64,000 nt of DNA from an uncultured Gemmatimonadales bacterium. GTDB lineage: Bacteria > Gemmatimonadota > Gemmatimonadetes > Gemmatimonadales > GWC2-71-9. This document shows, piece by piece, positions 8,916-19,406 of the stretch (its first letter is position 1; each line of letters opens with the position of its first letter). The notes under the pieces were generated by a model. It was given only the letters and a program-made list of their open reading frames with translations, made no database searches and was not told where the DNA came from. The translations under genes were made by a program, and so were the position numbers. Where the stretch lies: contig CAVUAK010000001.1 in assembly GCA_963739455.1 (NCBI GenBank), forward strand, positions 288,001 to 352,000. Direction: 5' to 3'.

Positions 8916-11725
8916 TACTTCAACAGCTTCTCAAACCTCGGATTCCCCTTCAGCGACGCAAACGTCGGATCCAGGGCAAGAAAATTCGGGCCGGGCATCC
9001 CCGGCAGCGCCGCGTTCTGCTCCAGGATGTCCAGCGCACCCGATGGATTACCGAGCGCCAGTTCGATTCGCACCGCATTGATGAGGATGTAGCTGGCCAG
9101 ATCCTGGACGTCGGCTGGCGCAACTCGCGCGCGCGCCACAGCGGCCCGGGCCTCGGCCGGCCGCTTCGCGTAGGCCAGCATCAGTCCGTACAGCACCTGA
9201 AGCTGACCGTCTTGGGGGGCAGCCTCCGCCTGTCGCTTCGATTCAGCCATCGCTGAGTCGGCGTAAGCGCGAGCACGAACAGTGTCACCCGCCTGCCAAT
9301 GCGCCGCCGCCAGCGACTGGCCCCACCAGGCCCGGTCGTTATCGAACGCCTGCGGCGTGAGGCGGAACACCACCTGCCGGTCCTTCTCATCCATGATCCA
9401 GGAAACCTCCTGCCGACCAGACATCTGCGCCGCGATGCTTGGCGCCGGTACGCCCGATTCGATCGCGGCCCGGATCCCCGCTCGCGCCTCATCGAGCTTG
9501 CCTGCTCCGGTACGAGCCATGGCCAGGCCCGCGATCATCCCCAGGTCTCCGGGCTGGAGCAGCAGGGCCGTGCTGTACACCGCCTCGGCGTCGGCCCAGC
9601 GTCGCTGCGCGGCATAGTGGCCGGCCAGTCGCTGAAGCGTGAAGAATGACCGGGGGTCGAGTTCACGCGCCCGCTCGAGCTTCGCGACCGCGGCGTCGCG
9701 GTCCCCATGCCGCTGGTCGGTGAGCGATGCGGACGCCAGCACCTCCGCGTCCGAGGGGGCGGCCTGCAGTGCCCGCTCGATTGCCGCGTCTGCCTGGGCG
9801 TAGTCCCGGCTCACGAGCTCGTGGTAGCGCGCGGCGGCAAGATTGGTCCGGTAGTTCTGTGGATTCAGGGTCATCGCGTGGTCGAGCGCGTCCTTCGCCC
9901 GCAGGCTTACCTCGGCATTGGGCCCACCGTTGGCAATCAGGCGCGAATTCGCGATCGAGAGCGACGCCCAGGCATCGAAGAAAGTGGAGTCCAGTGCCAC
10001 CGCCTGCTCCAGGAAGGCGATCTGCTCCCGGAGCGACACGAGGTCGCCTCGAGGAATGGCGCGCGCCTTCAGGTACAGCTGGTACGCCGCGACGTTCGCC
10101 GTGGGGCGGCTGCTGAGTTCCTGCTTCTCGCCACCGGCCAGTGCCACGCCCAGGGCGCCCGCCACCCGGCTCGCGATCTGCGACTGCACCTCGAACACAT
10201 CGGTGATGTCGTTGTCGAAGCTCTGCTGCCACTTCACGCTGCCGGTGCGGGCGTCGATCAGCTCCGGTACCACCTGCACCCGGCGCTTTCCCTCTGTGCC
10301 AGCCCAGCGCACCTTGCCCACCAGCAGGTAGTCGGCGTGCAGTTCGTTGGCGATTTCCGTCAGGTTCTTGGCACTGCCCTTGTACTCCGATGTGCTCGAT
10401 GACGCGATGATCTCGAGCCCACGTACCCGCGACAGCTTGCCCCGCACCTCGTCGGCGATGCCGTCCGCGAAGTACTCGTCGGTGGTGGCGCCCTGGTTCT
10501 CGAACGGCAGCACCGCAATCCGGTTGGTACCGGTTGTCGCAGCTGCCGTTCCCGCCCTCCCCGCCTTCCCCGCCCTCCCCGCCATCACGGTCGCCCCGAT
10601 CGCCCACAGCACCACGACCGCGGCACCTGCGATGACCAGGTTGCGCGGCGAGAACAACTTCTTCGGCATCGCATCCACCGCCGCCGACACCGCCTTCGTC
10701 GTCGCCGGCACCACCTCCGTGGCCGGCGCCGTGATCACGGGCGACGAGCCCGACGACATCCCCACCTGCCGCATGGAATCGATGGCCGAGATGAGCGCTT
10801 CGCCCGTGGCGTACCGGTCCACCGGGTTCTTCGCCAGCGCCTTCTGCACCACAGCATCCATCGCCGCCGGCAATCCCTGCCGCACTCCCGTCAGCGTACG
10901 CGGCGCCTCGGTGAGGCTCCGGGTCAGGATGATCCGCGCACTCGGTCCCACGAACGGCGGCTCGCCGGCGAGCATCTCGTACAGGATGGCACCCGTCGCG
11001 TAGATGTCGGCCCGGCCATCGACATCCTTCTCCGCCGTCGCCTGCTCCGGTGCCATGTACTGCGGGGTGCCCACCGCGAGCCCCGTCTTGGTCAGCGACT
11101 CGCCCCCGCCTTCACCCACCGCGCGCGCAATACCGAAGTCGGCGACGAGCGCATGACCTTCGCTGAGGAGGATGTTGGCCGGCTTGATGTCGCGATGCAC
11201 GATGCCCTGGCGGTGCGCGTATGCCAGCGCTTCCGCGATCTCGCGCGCGAGCCGCAGCGCGTCGTCTACCGGAAGCGCGCCCTTCAGCAGCCGCTCCCGC
11301 AGCGTCTCGCCCGGCACGTACGGCATCACGTAGTAGAGCAGCCCCTCCGACTCGCCCGAGTCGTGCATCGGCAGGATGTGCGGATGACTCAGCTGCCCCG
11401 CGATCTCCACCTCGCGCAGGAACCGGTCAGCGCCGAGCGTTGCCGCGAGCTCCGGTCGCATCACCTTCACTGCCACTCGGCGCTTGTGCTTCTGGTCCAT
11501 GGCGAGGTACACCGTCGCCATCCCACCCTCGCCGATGATCTTCTCCACCTTGTAGCGGCCAGCCAGTGCCTCGGTGACCTTCTTCACCTCGAACGCACCC
11601 GTCGTGGCCATGCGCTGCGGCACGCCCGGATCGGTCGGCGTCGCCACACCACAGTGCATGCAGAACTGCGCTTCCATCGGAAGCGGAGTGTGGCATGCAG
11701 GACAGCTGCGCTCAGCTACAGGCAC
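8915..11725 (-). CDS. Ser/Thr protein kinase (Zn-ribbon-kinase-TM-TolB_N-like-TPR), copy 2, intact
   Basis: 936-aa ORF with all Hanks motifs (GEGGMATVY, VAVK, HRDIKPAN, DFG, GTPQYMAPEQ), a TM helix and TPRs. Confidence 0.95.
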   Translation of the reverse strand: MPVAERSCPACHTPLPMEAQFCMHCGVATPTDPGVPQRMATTGAFEVKKVTEALAGRYKVEKIIGEGGMATVYLAMDQKHKRRVAVKVMRPELAATLGADRFLREVEIAGQLSHPHILPMHDSGESEGLLYYVMPYVPGETLRERLLKGALPVDDALRLAREIAEALAYAHRQGIVHRDIKPANILLSEGHALVADFGIARAVGEGGGESLTKTGLAVGTPQYMAPEQATAEKDVDGRADIYATGAILYEMLAGEPPFVGPSARIILTRSLTEAPRTLTGVRQGLPAAMDAVVQKALAKNPVDRYATGEALISAIDSMRQVGMSSGSSPVITAPATEVVPATTKAVSAAVDAMPKKLFSPRNLVIAGAAVVVLWAIGATVMAGRAGKAGRAGTAAATTGTNRIAVLPFENQGATTDEYFADGIADEVRGKLSRVRGLEIIASSSTSEYKGSAKNLTEIANELHADYLLVGKVRWAGTEGKRRVQVVPELIDARTGSVKWQQSFDNDITDVFEVQSQIASRVAGALGVALAGGEKQELSSRPTANVAAYQLYLKARAIPRGDLVSLREQIAFLEQAVALDSTFFDAWASLSIANSRLIANGGPNAEVSLRAKDALDHAMTLNPQNYRTNLAAARYHELVSRDYAQADAAIERALQAAPSDAEVLASASLTDQRHGDRDAAVAKLERARELDPRSFFTLQRLAGHYAAQRRWADAEAVYSTALLLQPGDLGMIAGLAMARTGAGKLDEARAGIRAAIESGVPAPSIAAQMSGRQEVSWIMDEKDRQVVFRLTPQAFDNDRAWWGQSLAAAHWQAGDTVRARAYADSAMAESKRQAEAAPQDGQLQVLYGLMLAYAKRPAEARAAVARARVAPADVQDLASYILINAVRIELALGNPSGALDILEQNAALPGMPGPNFLALDPTFASLKGNPRFEKLLK

Positions 11726-11732
11726 GAAGTCT

Positions 11733-11760
11733 CAGTTCCTCCTCACGCAGTCGCAGTTCC
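11733..11760. repeat. 21-bp repeat x1.3
   Basis: cagttcctcctcacgcagtcgcagttcc between kinase copies 3 and 2. Confidence 0.8.
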
Positions 11761-11766
11761 CGCTGT

Positions 11767-14556
11767 TCATGTCCCCTTCGCCACCAGCGCCTCAAACCTC
11801 GGATTCCCCTTGAGTCCCCGGTAGAACGGGTCGATCGAGAGAAAATCGCCCGTCCGGCCATACCCCTCGGCGAACAGCTGCTCGAGATATGTCAGCGCCT
11901 TGTCATTGTCGCCCAGTGCCAGTTCGACCCGCGCGGCGTTGACGAGGGCATAGGCGCGCGTTCGACGGCTATCTGACGGATTCGGCTTCATCGCCAGCGC
12001 CTGCGCGACCGCCGCACGCGCTTCCACCGGCTTCTTCAGCATAAGCCAGCATCAGTCCGTAGAGCACGTGTAATTCGATGTCGCCTGGACTGTCGTCCGC
12101 CTGTTTCCTCGACATCGCCAGGGCCGAGTCCGCGTATGCGCGCGCACGCACTGTATCGCCCTGCTGCCGGTAGGCTGTGGCCAGCGACTGCCCCCACCAC
12201 GCACGGTCATTGTCGAAGGCCGACGGCGTCAAGCGATACAACAGCTGCCGCTCGTGGTCCTCGAGGATCCACGAGACTTCCTGCCGCCCGGCGAACTGTG
12301 CCGCGATATCGGTGGCCGGTATCCCACCCTCGATCGCCGCACGGATGCCTGCTCGCGCTGCGTCCAGCTTCCCCTGACGCACCCGCTGCATAGCCAGGGC
12401 CTGGAGCGCCGCCAGGTTCGTCGGCTGGAGGATCATCTGTGTGACGTATGCCTCTTCCGCATCCGCGGGCCGGCCTGACACGGCAGAGAGATCGCCGATG
12501 CGCTGCACAATGCCGTAGGACCGGGGATCGATTTCCCTCGCCCGCTGCAGCTTGGCGAGCGCAGAATCGACCTGATTGTGGCGTACGTCCATGTTCGCGG
12601 CCGCAGCCAGGACATCGGCATCGTTCGGTGCGGCCTGCAGTGCCAGTGATATCTCCGCGTCGGCCAGCTCCAGGTTCCCCGCGATCACCGCCTGGTAGCG
12701 TCCGTTGGCGATGTGGGTCCGCACTCCCTGCGGATCCAGGGCCGTCGCACGATCGAGCGCCTCTTTCGCCCGCCGTGTCACCGTCGAGTCGGTCACGCCA
12801 TTGAGGAACAGCCCCCCGTAAGTGCGAGAAAGATCCGCCCATGCCACGGCAAAGGTCGAGTCCAGCGCCACCGCCTGCTCGAGGTACTGGGCCTGCTGCC
12901 GCAGGCTGCCGACATCCACGACTGGGATCGCTCTCGCCTTCAGGAACAACTGGTACGCTGCGACATTCGCCGTTGGCCGGCTCTTCACCTCATTGGATTC
13001 CCCGGACGCCAGCGCCACACCCAGCGCGCCGGCCACCTTGGTCGCGATCTGTGACTGCACCTCGAACACGTCGGAAATCTCGTTGTCGAACGTCTGCTGC
13101 CACTTCACGCTGCCGGTGCGGGTGTCGATCAGCACCGGCACCACCTGCACCCGCCGCTTGCCGCCTTCCGTGCCGGCCCAGCGCACCTTGCCCACCAGCA
13201 GGTAGTCGGCGTTCAACTCCTTCGCGATCTCGGTCGGCGACTTGGAGGTTCCCTTGTATTCCGAGGCACTCGACGAGGCGATGATCTCGAGCCCCTTCAC
13301 CCGCGAAAGCTTGCCCCGTACTTCATCGGCGATGCCGTCGGCGAAGTAGTCATCGGCCGTGGCACCCTGGTTCTCGAACGGCAGCACCGCGATGCGATTC
13401 CCCGCAGTCACCGACCTCCCCGCCCTCCCCGCCCTCCCCGCCGTCACCACCCACACCACGAGAACCGCCACCGCAGCGATGACCCCGTTGCGGACGTTGA
13501 GCCATTTTGCGCCACCGGCGCTGCCCGCCGCCTTCGTCAGCACTTCGGTTGCGGCCGGCGGCGTGATCGCCGACGATGACGCACTCGTCATCTGCTGCCG
13601 CGCACCATCGAGTGCCGTCACCAGCGCATCGGCCGTCGCGAACCGGTCGCCCGGGTTCTTGGCCAGCGCCTTCGTCACCAGCGCATCGACCGCCGGCGTC
13701 AGCCCTTCGCGCACCGCACTCAGTGCCCGCGGCCGCTCGGTGAGGCTCCGGGTCAGGATGATCCGCGCCGTGGGCCCCGTGAACGGCGGCTCCCCCGCGA
13801 TCATCTCGTACAGCACCGAGCCCGTCGCATACACATCCGCCCGCCCGTCCACTTCCTTCTCGCCCGTCGCCTGCTCCGGCGCCATGTACTGCGGCGTCCC
13901 CACCGCCAGGCCGGTGCGCGTGAGCTGCTCCCCGCCGCTGTCGCCCACTGCCCGGCAATGCCGAAGTCGGCCACCAGCGCGTGACCCTCGCTCAGCAGGA
14001 TGTTGGCCGGCTTGATGTCCCGGTGGACGATGTTCCGCCGGTGGGCATAGGCCAGCGCCTCCGACACCTCGCGCGCGAGCTTGAGGGCCTCCTCCACCGG
14101 AAGCGCCCCGTCCCGCTGGAGCCGCTCGCGAAGGGTCTCCCCCTCGATGTAGGGCATGACGTAGTACAGGATGCCGTCCGACTCGCCCGAGTCGTGCATC
14201 GGGAGGATGTGCGGATGACTCAACTGACCCGCGATCTCCACCTCCCGCAGGAACCGCTCGGCGCCGAGGGTGGCGGCCAGCTCCGGCCGCATCACCTTCA
14301 CCGCCACCTTCCGCTTGTGCTTCTGGTCGGTGGCCAGGTACACCGTGGCCATCCCGCCCTCGCCCAGGATCCGCTCCACCTTGTAGCGCCCGGCCAGCGC
14401 CTCCGTCACCTTCGCCACCTCGAACGCACCCGTGCTGGCCACGCGCGGCGGCACCCCCGGGTCAGTCGGGGTGGCGACGCCGCAGTGCATGCAAAACTGC
14501 GCTTCGAGCGGCAGTGGGGTGCTGCAGGCCGGACACGTGCGTTCGCTGGTTTTCAG
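11767..14556 (-). CDS. Ser/Thr protein kinase (same architecture), copy 3; apparent frameshifts ~13953 (-1) and ~12040 (+1); start uncertain (CTG at 14556?)
   Basis: Joined ORFs 13801-14721, 11969-13948 and 11767-12042 are colinear with copy 2. Confidence 0.85.
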
Positions 14557-14628
14557 GGTGGTTCCAAGGCGCCGGGGAGGTGCTTTTCTGGACTGTGAAA
14601 TAACGCGGAAAGTACCCACCCCCGCAAC

Positions 14629-14681
14629 TGACCCGAACCGCAGGTTCGGGTCATCGCGAGGCCCGAAGGGCCGTGGCGATC
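14629..14681. repeat. Two adjacent hairpins; the second resembles a GTCATYGCGAG...GTGGCRATC REP-like palindromic arm
   Basis: tgacccgaacc-gca-ggttcgggtca (perfect 11-bp stem), then gtcatcgcgaggcccgaagggccgtggcgatc. Confidence 0.45.
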
Positions 14682-14786
14682 CCGGGCGCATGGGCTCGGG
14701 GTCTCCCTCTTCCCGGCGCATCGCCTCGGGGCCCTCCCCTGACCCCTTTTCCGAAATCGGGGTATGATGGAACGGGAGGATGGACC

Positions 14787-15686
14787 ATGACCAGCATCGA
14801 CCATGAACCCGCGACCACGGGTGAGGGCATTACGCGCAAGCCTCTCGACTCCGAGATCGACGTCTACGGCCTGACCCATCAGGGTCTGGTCCGCAAGAAC
14901 AACCAGGACAACTTCCTCGTCGCCACGCTGCACAAGCGCATCGACGTCAAGTTCAGCAGCCTCGACCACGGCAACGACAGCATCGCCGCCGATGAACGGC
15001 TCGCCTTCATCATGATGGTGGCCGATGGCGTGGGCGGCACCGAGCATGGGGAGGCGGCCAGCCGCCTCACTGTTGAATCGGTTTCCAGCTACGTGAGCGA
15101 GGCGATGCGCTGCTACTACAGCACCAAGGGCAGCGGCAGTGAAACGTCGCTCACCGAGGTCCTCGAGCAGGCGGCCCGCCAGTGCCACGAGAACGTCTGC
15201 CGGCACGCTGAGGAGCAGACCATCAAGAGCATGGCCACCACCCTGACGCTGTTTCTCGGCGTGTGGCCCTGGATCTACCTCCTGCAGGTGGGCGACTCCC
15301 GCTGTTACCGCTTCCGCCAGGGTGAGCTGTCCCAGATGACGCGCGACCAGACCATGGCGCAGGAGCTCCTCGACCTGGGCGTCATGGCACCCAACGAGGC
15401 CTCACGGTCGCGGCTCTCCCACGTCCTCTCCAGCGCCATCGGCGGCCAGACGTCAATGCCGATCGTCACCCGGATTCCGTCCGAGTGGCACAACATCTAC
15501 CTGCTCTGCAGTGACGGCCTGACTCGTCATGTCACCGACGACCGTATTCGCGAGGTCCTCTCCGGCATGACCAACGCGAAGGAAGCCTGCGAGACGCTGC
15601 TGCAGGAAGCGCTCGATGGCGGCGGCAGCGACAACATCACCGTCGTGATCAGCCGCGTCGTGCCGGCCCAGGACGTGGCGGCCTAG
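14787..15686 (+). CDS. PP2C/PPM-family Ser/Thr phosphatase (PrpC/Stp1-like)
   Basis: GLVRKNNQD, VADGVGG, VGDSRCY, LLCSDGL and GGSDNIT motifs; SD GGAGG at 14775. Confidence 0.95.
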   Translation: MTSIDHEPATTGEGITRKPLDSEIDVYGLTHQGLVRKNNQDNFLVATLHKRIDVKFSSLDHGNDSIAADERLAFIMMVADGVGGTEHGEAASRLTVESVSSYVSEAMRCYYSTKGSGSETSLTEVLEQAARQCHENVCRHAEEQTIKSMATTLTLFLGVWPWIYLLQVGDSRCYRFRQGELSQMTRDQTMAQELLDLGVMAPNEASRSRLSHVLSSAIGGQTSMPIVTRIPSEWHNIYLLCSDGLTRHVTDDRIREVLSGMTNAKEACETLLQEALDGGGSDNITVVISRVVPAQDVAA

Positions 15687-16591
15687 CGCCCATCCGGCGT
15701 CACTTCCTCAATGGCGGCGGCCCAGCTCGTCGCCATGAACCTCGAAAAATCCCGCGTCCAGATCAGCGTACAGCCGTCCGGCGAGAAAAACGCGAAGTTG
15801 TCGGTGACGACCGGATCGTTGACCGACGGACCCAGGCGACGCGGCTCCTCCCACACCTCGTTCCGGCGCACACTCACCCAGATATCGGTCTGCTGCGGTT
15901 GCCGCGTCACCAGGTCGCGCTCGGCGATCTCGAGCACGATGGCGTTGCCATCCCGCGAGCGCTCCCCGCCCCACACCAGCAGCGAATCTGGTCGCCATCC
16001 CATCCAGCGGTTCACCAGGCTGTCGGGTACCGGCGCGCTCCACGTGATCCCGTCCTGCGCGCTCAACCACGACTCCGTCACCTTCCAGTCGGGTGACGTA
16101 CGCCGGTACTGCAGCGACCCGTCGGGCAGGGTGCCCAATTGGGAGAAGTAGTAGCCTGGGCTGGCGACCGCGCCGATGGCGTTCGGCTCCCCGAAGCCGC
16201 TGCCCTGCCGGTCGGCCACCCAGAGGGACGCGCTCGGATGGGCCAGCGTGTCGCCCGGTGCCCGGCGATACGACGCGAAGACCAGCCGCCTCCCGTCACT
16301 CGTGAAGGCGGGGTAGAGGTCCGACGCCTCGGCCCCGATCGTCATCTGCTGCGGCGCTCCCCACCCTCGCCCGCCCAGCACCGAGCGGAAGAGCCTGTAA
16401 TTCTCTGCGCGTGGATCGCTGCCGACCTTCTTGAAGAACCAGAGCTCGCGTCCATCGAGCGAGAGTGCGCCGTGGTACAGCCGCCCACTGTCCGCGACGG
16501 AAGGTGCAAACTCCGCCGGCGGCGGTGCCGGGCAGGCCTGTGCCGCCAGCACTGCAGGAAATGCGAGGTAGACGAGCAGGACGAACTTCAT
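15683..16591 (-). CDS. Secreted PD40/TolB-like beta-propeller protein
   Basis: Signal peptide; repeated SLDGRELWF, PAFTSDGRRLVFAS and FFSPDG motifs. Confidence 0.65.
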   Translation of the reverse strand: MKFVLLVYLAFPAVLAAQACPAPPPAEFAPSVADSGRLYHGALSLDGRELWFFKKVGSDPRAENYRLFRSVLGGRGWGAPQQMTIGAEASDLYPAFTSDGRRLVFASYRRAPGDTLAHPSASLWVADRQGSGFGEPNAIGAVASPGYYFSQLGTLPDGSLQYRRTSPDWKVTESWLSAQDGITWSAPVPDSLVNRWMGWRPDSLLVWGGERSRDGNAIVLEIAERDLVTRQPQQTDIWVSVRRNEVWEEPRRLGPSVNDPVVTDNFAFFSPDGCTLIWTRDFSRFMATSWAAAIEEVTPDGR

Positions 16592-16653
16592 GGGTGACCT
16601 CCAGGATCGACCGGCGCAACTTACCGGTGCTTTCTACCGTCTACTCTTCATTA

Positions 16654-19026
16654 ATGCCCAACCCGCCATCGGATACCCCCACCCGCCTCGCCGCGGCGCT
16701 CGAGGGACGATACCGGCTCGAGCGCCTGCTCGGGCAGGGTGGCATGGCCACGGTCTGGATCGCCGAGGACATCCGCCACGGGAGACGGGTCGCGATCAAG
16801 GTGCTCCGCGCTGACCTCGCCGCAGCACTCGGAAGCGACCGCTTCCTGCGCGAGATCCGCATCGCTGCCCAGCTCCAGCACCCCCACATTCTCGGCCTCA
16901 TCGACAGCGGCAGCATTCCCGAGCAGGGCGAACTCACGACTGACGACTCACGACTGCTGTACTACGTAATGCCCCTGGTCGAAGGCGAATCCCTCCGGGA
17001 ACGCATCGACCGCGACGGCCCCATCCCCATACCACTCGCCGTCCGCTGGCTCCGCGAAGTGGCCGACGCACTCGCCAAGGCCCATCGCGCCGGGATTATT
17101 CACCGTGACGTGAAGCCCGACAACATCCTCATTGCTGACGAGCACGCGCTGGTCGTGGATTTCGGCATCGCGCGCGCCGTGAGCGACGCCGCACCACAGT
17201 CGATGCTCACCGGCGTCGGCGTCACCGTCGGCACTCCCGCGTACATGGCACCCGAGCAGGTGGTCGCCGACCCCGGCCTCGATCACCGTGCTGACCTCTA
17301 CTCGCTTGGCGTCGTCGGATACGAAATGCTCGCCGGCCACCCTCCCTTCAGTGCCGGCTCGCCGCAGCAGCTCCTGGCAGCCCAGGTGACGCAACAGCCT
17401 GCCCCTGTGTTGAAGGCCCGGCCCGACGCGCCCCCAGGCCTCGCGAGCATCGTCATGCAGCTCCTCGCCAAGGAACCCGGTGATCGCGTGCCGGATGCTG
17501 ACGCCCTTGTGGCCCAGCTTGAATCGCTCGGCACCGGCACGCACCAGGTGCAGGTGCCGGTGCTCCCGGTGGCGCGCGCCGCTGCAAGCGGGCGACGTGG
17601 GCGCCTCGTAGGCACCATTGTCGGCATCGCGGTCGCAGCCGCGATCGTAGTGTTGGCGCTCCGGCCTCGGGCTGCGAAGAGCAGCGGGGCAACAGACGAC
17701 GGCCGTTCTCTCGCCGTCCTGCCCCTCACCAACCTGAGCGCCGACAGCGGCCAGGACTATTTCAGCGACGGGCTCTCCGAGGAAATACTCGGCGCCGTGT
17801 CCCGCATCCCCGGGCTCCGGGTCGCGGCCCACACGTCATCATTTGCGCTCAAGGGCACCAGGCTTCCCGTTGGCGAAATCGGCCAGAAGCTCGGTGTCCG
17901 CCACGTCCTCGAGGGCAGCGTCCAGCGCGAGGGCGACAACGTCCGGGTGCGCGCCCGCCTCGTGGACGCAAACTCCGGCTACCAGGTGTGGGACGCCAGG
18001 TACGACAAGCCGGCGAGCAACCTCTTTGCCCTCGAGGACGAAGTCGCCGCCGCCATCGCCGCGGCGATCACGTCCCATCTCGGCGTCTCAGCCACCGAGG
18101 CACCGCGCGCTGCCGGCGGCACGCTGAACGCCGCGGCGCACGACGCCTATCTCCGCGGTCGGCAGGCACTCCGCCAGCGAAGCGGCGCCATCGACCTGAT
18201 GCAGGCGATCGCCCAGTTTCAGGCGGCACTCGTGCTCGACTCGACCTACGCGCGCGCCTGGGCCGGCCTCGGTACCGCACAGGTCCTCCTGCCGGAATAC
18301 GGCGGTGCCAGCGTCCCGCAGGCGACACCTGCGGCCCGTCGCGCCATCACGCGAGCGTTGGCGCTGGACAGCACCAGCGCCGAGGCGTGGGCCGCCCTCG
18401 GGTACCTGCAGAAGAGCTATGACTGGGACTGGAAGGCCGCCGAGGCCAGTTACGATCGCGCACTTGCGCTCGACCCCAATGCGGCGGGAACGTGGCAGTG
18501 GTACGGTGAGCTGCTGGAGACGGTGGGCCGCCATGAAGACGCCGGAAAGGCATTCCAGAAGTCGGTTGAACTCGACCCGGTATCGCCCGTGGCGCAGATG
18601 GCGCTCGGTTCGCACCTTGTGACGGTGAAGGATCGCGCGGCCGGTCGCGCGGCGTTCGAGAAGTCGCTTGAGTTGCAACCGCGCCTCTGGCCCGCGCTGG
18701 TGCAATTGATGTTCATGGAGATGGAAGACGGCCATCAGGCCAGGGCCGCTGACTATGCGGGTCGGGCGGCGCCGCTGCTGGGCTTCGACGCCGGCCAGGT
18801 CGCGACGCCGTCATCCATCGAGCAATGGATGCAGGAAGGGAAGCTGCCGGCGCTCGCGGCAGCGTCGTGGCTGGCCCTCCAGGGCGCGAACGATCAGGCG
18901 CTTGGCGTCCTGCAGGAGATGGTGAAGGAAAGGGCACCATTCAGTTCGTACATTCCCTGGTGGCCGTTCCTGGGCGGGCTGGGAAAGGATCCGCGACTTG
19001 TCGCGTTGAAGGAGACCATCAAGTGA
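16654..19026 (+). CDS. Ser/Thr protein kinase-TM-TolB_N-like-TPR (fourth, more divergent paralog, no Zn ribbon)
   Basis: GQGGMATVW, VAIK, HRDVKPDN, DFG, SLAVLPL..YFSDGLSEE, TPRs; ATG 16654. Confidence 0.92.
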   Translation: MPNPPSDTPTRLAAALEGRYRLERLLGQGGMATVWIAEDIRHGRRVAIKVLRADLAAALGSDRFLREIRIAAQLQHPHILGLIDSGSIPEQGELTTDDSRLLYYVMPLVEGESLRERIDRDGPIPIPLAVRWLREVADALAKAHRAGIIHRDVKPDNILIADEHALVVDFGIARAVSDAAPQSMLTGVGVTVGTPAYMAPEQVVADPGLDHRADLYSLGVVGYEMLAGHPPFSAGSPQQLLAAQVTQQPAPVLKARPDAPPGLASIVMQLLAKEPGDRVPDADALVAQLESLGTGTHQVQVPVLPVARAAASGRRGRLVGTIVGIAVAAAIVVLALRPRAAKSSGATDDGRSLAVLPLTNLSADSGQDYFSDGLSEEILGAVSRIPGLRVAAHTSSFALKGTRLPVGEIGQKLGVRHVLEGSVQREGDNVRVRARLVDANSGYQVWDARYDKPASNLFALEDEVAAAIAAAITSHLGVSATEAPRAAGGTLNAAAHDAYLRGRQALRQRSGAIDLMQAIAQFQAALVLDSTYARAWAGLGTAQVLLPEYGGASVPQATPAARRAITRALALDSTSAEAWAALGYLQKSYDWDWKAAEASYDRALALDPNAAGTWQWYGELLETVGRHEDAGKAFQKSVELDPVSPVAQMALGSHLVTVKDRAAGRAAFEKSLELQPRLWPALVQLMFMEMEDGHQARAADYAGRAAPLLGFDAGQVATPSSIEQWMQEGKLPALAAASWLALQGANDQALGVLQEMVKERAPFSSYIPWWPFLGGLGKDPRLVALKETIK

Positions 19027-19406
19027 AGCTCTCCCACATCGCACCGGTCTTTGCCTCCACCGACGTAGAGGCATCGCTCACCTTCTGCGAGCAGAAGCTC
19101 GGCTTCCGCCGCGAGTGGACGGAGGGCACCCCCGTTACTGACGCCGGCGTTCGCCGCGACGGCGTCGGCCTCATCTTCGCGCATCATCCCGAACTTGCCG
19201 AGCGCGCCCGCGGTACCACCGTCCTGATATTTCTCTCCGGTGTCGAGGCGCTCTGCGCAGAGCACATGGCCCGCGGCGCCCAGATCGTGGCGCCGCTCGC
19301 CGATGAAGACGGGCTCCGCTCTTATACGGTGTTGCTGCCCCCAGGCTATCACCTTCGGTTCGCCGAGGGCCTCGAGCTGATTGCTCAGCGCACCGCCAAG
19401 CCATGA
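19023..19406 (+). CDS. VOC/glyoxalase/bleomycin-resistance family protein
   Basis: IAPVF...DVEASLTF...LGF...GLRSYTV..PPGYHLRF; GTG overlaps the kinase stop. Confidence 0.75.
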   Translation: MKLSHIAPVFASTDVEASLTFCEQKLGFRREWTEGTPVTDAGVRRDGVGLIFAHHPELAERARGTTVLIFLSGVEALCAEHMARGAQIVAPLADEDGLRSYTVLLPPGYHLRFAEGLELIAQRTAKP

